Virus record (IMG/VR): IMGVR_UViG_3300037991_000794
Coordinates: 1 to 31,531 of that record
From: a virus
Taxonomy: Duplodnaviria; Caudoviricetes
Reading direction: 5' to 3' (one strand)
Length of the DNA stretch: 31,531 nucleotides
Part shown: positions 16,271 through 23,726 of the stretch, in pieces
Position numbering within the stretch: position 1 is the stretch's first letter
Layout of the letters: every line of letters begins with the position of its first letter
Program-made: the position numbers and the translations under genes
Notes under the pieces: generated by a model
Database searches by the model: none
Seen by the model: the letters and a program-made list of their open reading frames with translations, nothing else
Told to the model about the DNA's origin: nothing

Positions 16271-16885
16271 ATGTATAAAACTCATGCAATCCAATGCCAA
16301 GAATATGCTATGCAATCTGCTGATAATCTAATGGATGTAGCCATGTTGGTTAGTGTAAGCATCCAGCAAAACTGGTTGAGCTGTGGCGACCAGTTAAAAG
16401 ATGTCAAGAAAAATGGTATTAATTCTAAGTATTTGTGGGGCGTTAAGTCTAAGACTTATAAGTACTTAGATTCTAATAAGCATAAGTTATATGCTCAGGT
16501 TAAAGCCATAGCGAATAGCCACAAGTCGGATGACGACAAGGCGTATAGTTTAATGAGAGTCTTTCTGCGAGTCGATGGTCTTGGCTTGCCGAAGGCTGGA
16601 TTCTTATGTCAATTGACTATGGGTTTGGTTGGTTGCATGGATGTTCACAATATCAGAATGTATAAACTTGATCCGAAAGTATTTGTACTGGCTAAAAATC
16701 CTAAGACTATCAAAGGCTTACAAGCCAATGAGACTAAGCTTAGAAACTATATAGCGATCTGCCATGATTATGGTACTGAATCCCTATGGGATGAATGGTG
16801 CGATAATCTAGCAACGAAGTCCCCAAAATGGCGTGATGGTAATCATGTCTCTGAAGTTCACATAAACTATCTATTAGGAGTATAG
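16271..16885 (+). CDS. HhH-GPD superfamily DNA glycosylase-like protein
   Basis: HhH motif FLRVDGLGLPKAGF followed by VGCMDVH (catalytic-Asp position). Confidence 0.65.
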   Translation: MYKTHAIQCQEYAMQSADNLMDVAMLVSVSIQQNWLSCGDQLKDVKKNGINSKYLWGVKSKTYKYLDSNKHKLYAQVKAIANSHKSDDDKAYSLMRVFLRVDGLGLPKAGFLCQLTMGLVGCMDVHNIRMYKLDPKVFVLAKNPKTIKGLQANETKLRNYIAICHDYGTESLWDEWCDNLATKSPKWRDGNHVSEVHINYLLGV

Positions 16886-16888
16886 ACT

Positions 16889-17137
16889 ATGACAGGCATT
16901 GATAAAGAAATTAAAATTAAAAATGATACTACGGCTAGTGATTATATTACAGTAGGTGATACTGTAAATGGCAAGACTATCACTGAAATATGGTGTACCA
17001 GCGAAGGCAATGTTATGTTTTGCTTAGATAATAATCATGACGGGTATGTTAATTTTAGCGAATTGCTTGATAAAATGAGTAAGCCTGATCCATTTTATGA
17101 TGACTATGAATATAAATCTGTAACGTCTGGGAGATAG
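16889..17137 (+). CDS. Early hypothetical protein
   Basis: 82 aa, leader AGGAGTATAGACTATG. Confidence 0.7.
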   Translation: MTGIDKEIKIKNDTTASDYITVGDTVNGKTITEIWCTSEGNVMFCLDNNHDGYVNFSELLDKMSKPDPFYDDYEYKSVTSGR

Positions 17138-17140
17138 ACT

Positions 17141-17371
17141 ATGAAAACATATATCCATGTAAATCAACACGTTATAAAGTCTAACCTGAAGCATGGCGAA
17201 AACAAGCCAGCAATTACAGTAAAGACTAGCAAGTCTAATGTCTATTGCCATAAGGCTATAGTCAAAGGCGAGGTCGAGGTGATACAGTCAACGACCGACA
17301 AGCCATTGTTATCGTGTGGTGCTAGAATAGTTATGGTGACTCACGATGAGGTCGAGACAATTACTTATTAA
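17141..17371 (+). CDS. Conserved phage hypothetical protein (IHVNQH...CGAR type)
   Basis: 76 aa, leader GGGAGATAGACTATG. Confidence 0.75.
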   Translation: MKTYIHVNQHVIKSNLKHGENKPAITVKTSKSNVYCHKAIVKGEVEVIQSTTDKPLLSCGARIVMVTHDEVETITY

Positions 17372-17384
17372 TTATTTATCTAAA

Positions 17385-17446
17385 TGACTTATAAGCCTTT
17401 TAAAACACATTCACTTGTGAATGTTTTAAAAGGGCTTATTAAGTCA
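17385..17446. repeat. 62-nt imperfect inverted repeat just upstream of a promoter
   Basis: TGACTT-ATAAGCC-TTTTAAAACA...TGTTTTAAAA-G-GGCTTAT-T-AAGTCA. Confidence 0.8.
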
Positions 17447-17465
17447 CAAAGTCGGCTTGGAGGGG

Positions 17466-17494
17466 TTGACATCGTTCCACAAATCCTGTATAAT
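17466..17494 (+). promoter_or_regulatory. Consensus sigma70 promoter
   Basis: TTGACA 17466-17471, 17 bp, TATAAT 17489-17494. Confidence 0.88.
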
Positions 17495-17529
17495 ACTCTT
17501 TCACACTTATAAACTATTGGAGAAATGTT

Positions 17530-17802
17530 ATGAAAAACTTACTTTTATCTGTGTTCAATGTTGTAACTTCCGCTGTAGTCTACTTAGTATTTGGTAAAGT
17601 CAATAAGCGTGGCAAGTTCTTTGGTCGCTCTTATATTCTAAGAAAGCGCAAGAATTTACAGCGCAGTCCCTCATACTTTAAAGGCGAGTGCTTTAGAAAT
17701 ATGCACTGTGGCTTGTGGGCTTTTAGCTTAGAGCATAAACAAGGTCGTGGTGTATACTTTAACGGCATCAAAGATCACGAAGGTAAAGAAACAATCGTTT
17801 AA
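17530..17802 (+). CDS. Hypothetical protein with hydrophobic N-terminus and basic body
   Basis: 90 aa, RBS GGAG. Confidence 0.7.
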   Translation: MKNLLLSVFNVVTSAVVYLVFGKVNKRGKFFGRSYILRKRKNLQRSPSYFKGECFRNMHCGLWAFSLEHKQGRGVYFNGIKDHEGKETIV

Positions 17803-17810
17803 ATCTAACT

Positions 17811-17826
17811 GCCCCCTTCGGGGGGC
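17811..17826 (+). other. GC-rich cUUCGg hairpin (weak terminator or mRNA stabiliser)
   Basis: GCCCCC-TTCG-GGGGGC with no long U tract. Confidence 0.6.
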
Positions 17827-17855
17827 TTCACCCTTAGCAAATAGGAATATAACTT

Positions 17856-18803
17856 ATGAATAATGTAACCAGCTTTTTCGACAATCACTCCGCCATGAAT
17901 GCTGTTAGAGCTAATGGCTATGGCGATGCAGACTTTGGAATCTTTGAAGGTGCATTGACTTACGATACTCCATTCGGTGAAAAGACTTGCAGTAAGCGTA
18001 TTGTTTATCGTGATGACGATGGCTCAGAGCTTGGTGTTCATGGCAAACGCTATGTGCCAGTAGCTCCTAGAGATATGATCGAGTCTGCTCGTAAGATTAT
18101 AGAGCGATCTGATCTTAATCTTGAGGGCATCACTGAGGACATTCAGATGTCTCACAATGGCGGTAGAACTTATGTAAGGTATACTATGCCGCATCATACT
18201 TATCCTACTCCAGACGGTGACACAGCAACGCTAGAGCTATTAGCTACTACGTCACTTGATAGTACTTGGCCATTCATGATTAGTGTTGGAGCGCATCAAG
18301 CGGCTTGCTTGAATACTCAAGTCTTTACTTCTGGTACTGTTGCAGTGTATAAATCTAAGCACATGAAAGGCTTAGACATTGAGCATGGCTCGAACGTAAT
18401 AGTCAAATGCCTTGATGCTTTCCAGAACGAAAGAGAACAGTGGGCTACTTGGATGAAGACAGAGATGTCTGAAGCTAAGGCGTTTAAGTTCTTTGCCGAA
18501 GCAGTCAATGCTACATCTGTGTTAGATAAATTAAAAGAAGATGCTTATAGATATAGCTCACCATCAATGGTCTTGCTTGATTCAAGAACAAATAATAATC
18601 TTAATTATATCTGGGATAGATTCATAGAGCATTATGTTCCTGCTTTCGGCTCAAACCAATGGGCAGTCTACAATGCTCTTACTGATTGGTCTAGCCATGC
18701 ACCATCATCTAAGAATGCTAACCCTGCTAATCTTGCGGCTCGATTGCATAAGCGCAGAGAGACTGTAAGAACTGCTATAGACAAATGGAGTATTGCCGCA
18801 TGA
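17856..18803 (+). CDS. DUF932-like phage/plasmid protein
   Basis: R.DDG..LGVHG.RY, ACLN, WAVYNALTDWSSH motifs. Confidence 0.75.
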   Translation: MNNVTSFFDNHSAMNAVRANGYGDADFGIFEGALTYDTPFGEKTCSKRIVYRDDDGSELGVHGKRYVPVAPRDMIESARKIIERSDLNLEGITEDIQMSHNGGRTYVRYTMPHHTYPTPDGDTATLELLATTSLDSTWPFMISVGAHQAACLNTQVFTSGTVAVYKSKHMKGLDIEHGSNVIVKCLDAFQNEREQWATWMKTEMSEAKAFKFFAEAVNATSVLDKLKEDAYRYSSPSMVLLDSRTNNNLNYIWDRFIEHYVPAFGSNQWAVYNALTDWSSHAPSSKNANPANLAARLHKRRETVRTAIDKWSIAA

Positions 18804-19009
18804 CATTTAAATTATTCAATAGATCATTAGCGTTTAACTTTCGGAACGGCTGTGGAATTGATTTAGAATTCCATGAAGGTAAAGCTGTTTGGATTAGTCA
18901 ATCGCTTGATGATAACATCGAAGCTGGTGTATTCGTGGGGGCAATAGTCTTGCTCCCTTTCTTTTCAATCACGTTTGGTAAATGCTACACACAAGGCGAG
19001 GAGTTTTAA
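18800..19009 (+). CDS. Hypothetical protein
   Basis: Likely ATG at 18800 (ATGA overlap, GGAG upstream); MTFKLFNRSL...LLPFFSITFG. Confidence 0.6.
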   Translation: MTFKLFNRSLAFNFRNGCGIDLEFHEGKAVWISQSLDDNIEAGVFVGAIVLLPFFSITFGKCYTQGEEF

Positions 19010-19294
19010 ATGGAAAGTGCTTTATCTATACCTGCCGCAGAGAAATACTTTGATGGCTTACAGTCTGCTTATGTTAAGATAACAGATTGGGACTATCCCT
19101 CTGCAACCATTCAAGCTACGATAGAAACTTATCGTGGCGATTTCTTTGAGGACTTTACACGAAGCGATGCTTTCAAAGTAAAGTCAATGCACAATCTGTT
19201 TAGCTTTGATGCTAATACTTGGGAGCTTGAGATAGTCTTTACTAAAAAGTTTGCAGATGAAATTGTGCCGTTAATGCAGGAGAAATACGCATGA
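19010..19294 (+). CDS. Hypothetical protein
   Basis: 94 aa, RBS GAGGAG. Confidence 0.7.
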   Translation: MESALSIPAAEKYFDGLQSAYVKITDWDYPSATIQATIETYRGDFFEDFTRSDAFKVKSMHNLFSFDANTWELEIVFTKKFADEIVPLMQEKYA

Positions 19295-19473
19295 AAAAAT
19301 ATGATGTGTCTTGCAATGTTTTAATTAAAAGTAAGTTTATTGTTGAAGCTGTAGATAAAAAGGAAGCTAGGAAGCTGGTGTTAGCTGGCCGTATAGAACC
19401 ATACAGCGATGAGATTATTGATACAAACGTAACTGAAATAACGGAGGTAGAAAATGAATCAGATGACTCGTAA
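19291..19473 (+). CDS. Hypothetical protein (VEA..K.EA motif)
   Basis: 60 aa, RBS AGGAG, ATGA coupling. Confidence 0.7.
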   Translation: MKKYDVSCNVLIKSKFIVEAVDKKEARKLVLAGRIEPYSDEIIDTNVTEITEVENESDDS

Positions 19474-19696
19474 CGAAGTAATAGACTTTATTAAAGAACA
19501 GTTAGCAGACATAGACGAATGGAAAACATTCGAGCTAAGCGGTGATTTGTTTGATTGCAATATATATTACAACCAAGATACCGAGGAGCTTGGGTTAGAT
19601 ATATACGCCACCAAAACAGATGCCGATGGTAATGTTATAACTATAACAGACCCGAACGATCCTGAATTCATGTGTATAAAAGTAGACGGGAGATAG
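19454..19696 (+). CDS. Acidic hypothetical protein
   Basis: 80 aa, RBS GGAGG. Confidence 0.7.
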   Translation: MNQMTRNEVIDFIKEQLADIDEWKTFELSGDLFDCNIYYNQDTEELGLDIYATKTDADGNVITITDPNDPEFMCIKVDGR

Positions 19697-19700
19697 ACTA

Positions 19701-19892
19701 ATGCTTCAGTATTATATGGATGGTGGTAACATCACTACTTACGAAGACGTAAAAGAAAAGTACTGGTCTGTAAAGGTTAAGCCTGAAGACATTAAGATTA
19801 TAGATGGCGATGCTACAGCACAGCAGATAGCAGACGACATAAACTTTTGGTTCGCTCAGTGCGAGGGTAAGACAGTAGGCTGGAGGAAATAA
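19701..19892 (+). CDS. Hypothetical protein
   Basis: 63 aa, leader GGGAGATAGACTAATG. Confidence 0.7.
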   Translation: MLQYYMDGGNITTYEDVKEKYWSVKVKPEDIKIIDGDATAQQIADDINFWFAQCEGKTVGWRK

Positions 19893-20038
19893 TGGCTGAG
19901 TTTTGGTTAATGGTTTTAGCTATTGGGATCTGGGGCGTTATGCTTGGAGGTTATGTATATGCTTTCTTTGCTATTCGTAAGATGATACGCCAGCAGAAAC
20001 ATTGGGATCGTAAAAATAAAAAGGATCGTGCCAGCTAG
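19892..20038 (+). CDS. 48-aa single-pass membrane protein (not in ORF track)
   Basis: MAEFWLMVLAIGIWGVMLGGYVYAFFAIRKMIRQQKHWDRKNKKDRAS; RBS GGAGG; TAATG coupling. Confidence 0.7.
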   Translation: MAEFWLMVLAIGIWGVMLGGYVYAFFAIRKMIRQQKHWDRKNKKDRAS

Positions 20039-20192
20039 TAACTGGCTAGTCGGGGTTTGGTCACTCGATGAGGAGGTGATTTACTATCACAAACAAATGA
20101 CTCAGAGCTAACTGTAAACCGTAGCGGAGACTGCGTGAGCTGATCGGGTGAGGAAATTTATAGAAGCTACGCCAGCATCTCCATTCACTTTA
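20030..20192 (+). ncRNA. Candidate structured non-coding RNA
   Basis: About 165 nt gap in densely packed genes, with several short G-U-containing stems; no family recognised. Confidence 0.3.
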
Positions 20193-20206
20193 ACTAGGAG
20201 ATAGAT

Positions 20207-20365
20207 ATGATCTTGATTAAATGGGGTACAAAACAAAGCAATGGTACTGAGAAAGATTGGGAGGTGTTGTTCCACAGTGCCGAGGATGCCCGTCTATTTC
20301 ATGGTGATTTGCTTGACAGGAAAACCACAACTTACATTAGCTTGGAGAAAGTAGAAGATGAGTAA
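20207..20365 (+). CDS. 52-aa hypothetical protein (not in ORF track)
   Basis: MILIKWGTKQSNGTEKDWEVLFHSAEDARLF...; RBS AGGAG. Confidence 0.7.
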   Translation: MILIKWGTKQSNGTEKDWEVLFHSAEDARLFHGDLLDRKTTTYISLEKVEDE

Positions 20366-20516
20366 AGGTAGCCGACAACGGCCAACAAATAAGTTGACAT
20401 TCAATGCTAACTATGATAAAATCTTTAGCGTAAGAAAGAAAACACCAGACCACGCAAAGACTTCAGTCCATGTGGATAAAAAGAAAGAGCAGAAAAAGCG
20501 AGGCTATGATGATTAA
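20358..20516 (+). CDS. 52-aa basic protein, MSKGSR.RP...NYDKIF type (not in ORF track)
   Basis: MSKGSRQRPTNKLTFNANYDKIFSVRKK...; overlaps both neighbours. Confidence 0.65.
   Translation: MSKGSRQRPTNKLTFNANYDKIFSVRKKTPDHAKTSVHVDKKKEQKKRGYDD
20394..20422 (+). promoter_or_regulatory. Intragenic sigma70 promoter with extended -10
   Basis: TTGACA 20394-20399, 17 bp, TG-a-TAAAAT 20414-20422. Confidence 0.65.
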
Positions 20517-20631
20517 AGAAAAAGTAAATTGCTTGAGCCGTAGTTGGACAAAAAGATTACGCAAAAGATTGAAAGCTAAAAGCAGACAGCAAGCTAGAAG
20601 TCAAATCAAAAAGGAGATAACTGATGTTTAA
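20506..20631 (+). CDS. 41-aa very basic protein (not in ORF track)
   Basis: MMIKEKVNCLSRSWTKRLRKRLKAKSRQQARSQIKKEITDV; RBS GAGG. Confidence 0.6.
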   Translation: MMIKEKVNCLSRSWTKRLRKRLKAKSRQQARSQIKKEITDV

Positions 20632-20797
20632 AAAAGCTTGGCGACTGTGGGCTTTGAGCCTTGGGCAGAAGTCTGGCAAAGACAATAAAGAAGCTGACAT
20701 AGTTGCTGGCATTAGGACAGTGTGGGTTCTTTTTAATTTAATTACCTGCTGTTTTATTATGGCATCGGGTATGGTAAATTTAGGTTGGATAAATTAG
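20624..20797 (+). CDS. 57-aa membrane protein of a type common in marine phages (not in ORF track)
   Basis: WRLWALSLGQKSG...EADIVAGIRT plus TM helix; RBS AAGGAG. Confidence 0.75.
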   Translation: MFKKAWRLWALSLGQKSGKDNKEADIVAGIRTVWVLFNLITCCFIMASGMVNLGWIN

Positions 20798-20805
20798 GAG
20801 GTACA

Positions 20806-21144
20806 ATGATAGAAACAGGTTTAGAATATTCAATAGGTAACATTGTCGAGTGGCATTATGCTCGCAATTTAATTGCAGGTTCAGACGATAAACAACAAGT
20901 ATTAAAATTAATACAGGAGGTAGGCGAACTATCAGATAGTATTTGTAAAGGCAAGTCGCCCATTGATGACATTGGTGACATCATTGTAGTGTTAGTCAAC
21001 ATAGCAGAGCGCAATAATATTCCTATTAAAGACTGCGTTGACTATGCGTACAATGACATCAAGGATCGCAAAGGGCAAATGGTAGATGGTATCTTTGTTA
21101 AAGATGCCGACAACTTTGACCCCGACACAATCGGGAATAGATAA
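20806..21144 (+). CDS. MazG-like NTP pyrophosphohydrolase
   Basis: KLIQEVGEL...DDIGD, AYNDIKDRKG..VDGIFVK; RBS AGGAGG before ATG 20806. Confidence 0.85.
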   Translation: MIETGLEYSIGNIVEWHYARNLIAGSDDKQQVLKLIQEVGELSDSICKGKSPIDDIGDIIVVLVNIAERNNIPIKDCVDYAYNDIKDRKGQMVDGIFVKDADNFDPDTIGNR

Positions 21145-21162
21145 TTAACTTGGAGAAAATTT

Positions 21163-21336
21163 ATGAAACATTTAATTTTAGCAACACCATTCGTATTAGC
21201 CGCTTGCGGTAGTGTAGAATCTACGCCACAGGTAGAGGCATTTATAGCATCTGATCCTGTAGCGGCTATCGAAGCTGTGAAAGAAACATATGAAGAATTA
21301 CCAATTTCTACTGAAACTCTTGACAAAGCAGAGTAA
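21163..21336 (+). CDS. 57-aa lipoprotein (not in ORF track)
   Basis: MKHLILATPFVLAAC-GS signal II with lipobox LAAC; RBS GGAG. Confidence 0.75.
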   Translation: MKHLILATPFVLAACGSVESTPQVEAFIASDPVAAIEAVKETYEELPISTETLDKAE

Positions 21337-21348
21337 AGTATGTATAAT
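21320..21348 (+). promoter_or_regulatory. Consensus sigma70 promoter for the replication operon
   Basis: TTGACA 21320-21325, 17 bp, TATAAT 21343-21348. Confidence 0.88.
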
Positions 21349-21392
21349 GGTGGCTCATTTAATTTATCAATAACTAAACGGAGAAATGTAAC

Positions 21393-21824
21393 ATGGCAAT
21401 TTTAGAAGGTACTGCTTATTGGGCGAGCGTAACTACACCCAACACTACTTTTGAACCAGTATACTCAGTAAACTTAGTCGTAGCTGACGAAGTTGCTAAT
21501 GAGTTTCAAGAGCGTGGCTTCAGCATCAAAGAGATGGATGAGGGTAAAGCTATTGTAATTAAACGTAAAGTCAATGGGCCAAATGGCATGGTTCGCCCTG
21601 CTCCAAAGCTTGTTGATAAGTACAAGCAACCTTTAGATTGTAAAGTCGGCAACGGCTCAGAAGTAAAAATTCAATACAAAGAGTGGGAGTCTAACTGGAA
21701 AGGTAAAACTTTCAAAGGCTTGGACTTTCAAGCTATGCAAGTTATTAACCTTGTTGAGATCGGTACGCCAGACGGTGCTGAGTTCGATGCCTTTGATGAC
21801 ATAGATATGGAAGGAGAATTTTAA
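21393..21824 (+). CDS. Single-stranded DNA-binding protein (T7 gp2.5-like)
   Basis: GTAYWASV, VGNGSEVKI, AMQVINLVE; acidic tail ending in F. Confidence 0.82.
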   Translation: MAILEGTAYWASVTTPNTTFEPVYSVNLVVADEVANEFQERGFSIKEMDEGKAIVIKRKVNGPNGMVRPAPKLVDKYKQPLDCKVGNGSEVKIQYKEWESNWKGKTFKGLDFQAMQVINLVEIGTPDGAEFDAFDDIDMEGEF

Positions 21825-22043
21825 ATGGTAGAAAATTCAGTTAGCATTGACGGAAAAGCTTATGATCTTGATAAGCTTTCCGAAGAAGCTACACTGGCTT
21901 GCTCATTGATTCAGGAAGTTCAATCTGAAATCGTACAGGTGTCTAGGAAACTAGACATCTTACGAGCAAGTTCTGTAGCATTAACAAGCAAAGTAAAAGA
22001 GTACGTCAGCGATGACGCATTGGTAAAAGATGAATCAACTTAG
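21825..22043 (+). CDS. DUF6447-like small protein
   Basis: SIDGKAYDLDKLSEEA plus coiled coil. Confidence 0.6.
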   Translation: MVENSVSIDGKAYDLDKLSEEATLACSLIQEVQSEIVQVSRKLDILRASSVALTSKVKEYVSDDALVKDEST

Positions 22044-22058
22044 TCAAAGGAAAACATC

Positions 22059-23726
22059 ATGGCTTTTGTCAAACACAACCAACCCTGCCACTCATGTGGC
22101 GGGAGCGATCCAGTATCTATAAATGATGACGGATCTGCATACTGCTTTAGTTGTAACACATTTTTTAAAGACTACAGTACATCGGACGTACAACAAACTC
22201 AAGAGGATAATACCATCGACTTTACAGTTCACCAAGGTGCAAGCAAAGAGGGCTTCGTACACAGAAACTTTAACGAGCTTACAGACAGAGGTATTAGTTT
22301 AGCAACTGCCAAGAAGTATGGCGTAACCAGTAAGGAAAGTTTTGGCAAGATCATTGACCACTCTTATCCTTACTTCATTAACAACGAAGAAGTATCGTGC
22401 AAGATTAGAAAGCAAGACAAGTCTTTTGCATGGACTTCTTCTCCCAAAGGTGTTGGTCTTTTCGGAGAACAACTGTTTAAAGCAGGTGGTAAATATATTA
22501 CACTCGTTGAGGGTGAGTGTGATGCAATGGCCGCCTATGAATTACTAGGTAGCAAATGGCCTGTTGTATCTATAAGGTCTGGTGCGGCTGGAGCTGTCCG
22601 AGATGTTAAGGATAGCTTAGAGTTTCTTGAATCATTCGAGAATGTTATCATAGCATTTGATAACGACAAGCACGGTCGTGAAGCCGCTAAGAAAGTAGCA
22701 CGAGTTCTTAGTCCTGCAAAGGCTAGAATCTTTTCTTTACCTGCTGAGATAAAAGATGCTAACGATATGCTACGGCAGAATCGTAGGCAAGAGTTTGTTC
22801 AGCTTTGGTGGTCTGCTAAGATGTATACACCATCAGGTGTCATGAACATCACTGAGCAGAAAGAAAAGTTCAACAATCGAGAACGCAAAACATCTATTCC
22901 ATTTCCGTGGCACGGCTTAAACAGTAAGCTTGAAGGGCTAAGGGCGGGCGAATTGGTTACGCTGTGTGGCGGAACTGGTCTAGGTAAGTCAAGTGTTACT
23001 CGTGAGCTAGAGCATTGGCTGATACAGAACACAGAAGATAACGTAGGTATCGTAGCTTTAGAAGAGGATTGGCGTAGAACAGTAGATGGTATACTGTCTA
23101 TCGAAGCAAGCGCAAAGCTACACATCGACAGTGTTCGTGACAAGTACAGCGCAGAAGAATTAGATACTATGTTCAACAATGTCTTTGCCAACAGCAATGC
23201 TGACAGAGTATGGATTCATTCGCACTTTGGTGTCAATGACATCGACAGCATCTTCAGCAAGTTGCGCTTCATGATTGTTGGTTGCGGCTGTAAGTGGATT
23301 GTAGTAGACCACTTGCATATGCTTGTATCAGCAAACACAGAAGGCGATGAGCGCAGAAACATTGACTCTATCATGACAAGATTACGATCCCTTGTAGAAG
23401 AGACAGGTGCAGGTATGATTCTTGTGTCCCATCTCAGACGCATTGACGGTAATCGTGGTCACGAGAATGGTATAGAGACAGGCTTATCACATCTTCGTGG
23501 ATCACAAAGTATCGCACAGTTATCTGATTGCGTTATATCTTTAGAGCGCAACCAGCAAGCTGACGATGAGATAGAAGCATCTACCACACGAGTAAGAGTC
23601 TTAAAGTCTAGGTATACTGGTGACGTTGGAGTAGCTACACACTTGCTATTTGACAACGAGTCTGGTAGACTTAGAGAAGTAGACGACTACGACCCTAACC
23701 AATTCAATGCCGAGGAAGAGCTATGA
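22059..23726 (+). CDS. DNA primase-helicase (T7 gp4-like)
   Basis: Zn finger CxxC...CFSC, TOPRIM EGECDAM/FDND, Walker A GGTGLGKS, DHLH, LRGSQSIAQLSD, LKSRYTG. Confidence 0.95.
   Translation: MAFVKHNQPCHSCGGSDPVSINDDGSAYCFSCNTFFKDYSTSDVQQTQEDNTIDFTVHQGASKEGFVHRNFNELTDRGISLATAKKYGVTSKESFGKIIDHSYPYFINNEEVSCKIRKQDKSFAWTSSPKGVGLFGEQLFKAGGKYITLVEGECDAMAAYELLGSKWPVVSIRSGAAGAVRDVKDSLEFLESFENVIIAFDNDKHGREAAKKVARVLSPAKARIFSLPAEIKDANDMLRQNRRQEFVQLWWSAKMYTPSGVMNITEQKEKFNNRERKTSIPFPWHGLNSKLEGLRAGELVTLCGGTGLGKSSVTRELEHWLIQNTEDNVGIVALEEDWRRTVDGILSIEASAKLHIDSVRDKYSAEELDTMFNNVFANSNADRVWIHSHFGVNDIDSIFSKLRFMIVGCGCKWIVVDHLHMLVSANTEGDERRNIDSIMTRLRSLVEETGAGMILVSHLRRIDGNRGHENGIETGLSHLRGSQSIAQLSDCVISLERNQQADDEIEASTTRVRVLKSRYTGDVGVATHLLFDNESGRLREVDDYDPNQFNAEEEL

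Noticed and set aside
20040-20190. tRNA or hammerhead ribozyme
   Set aside because: No TTCRA T-loop or cloverleaf, and CTGATCG does not match the CUGANGA core
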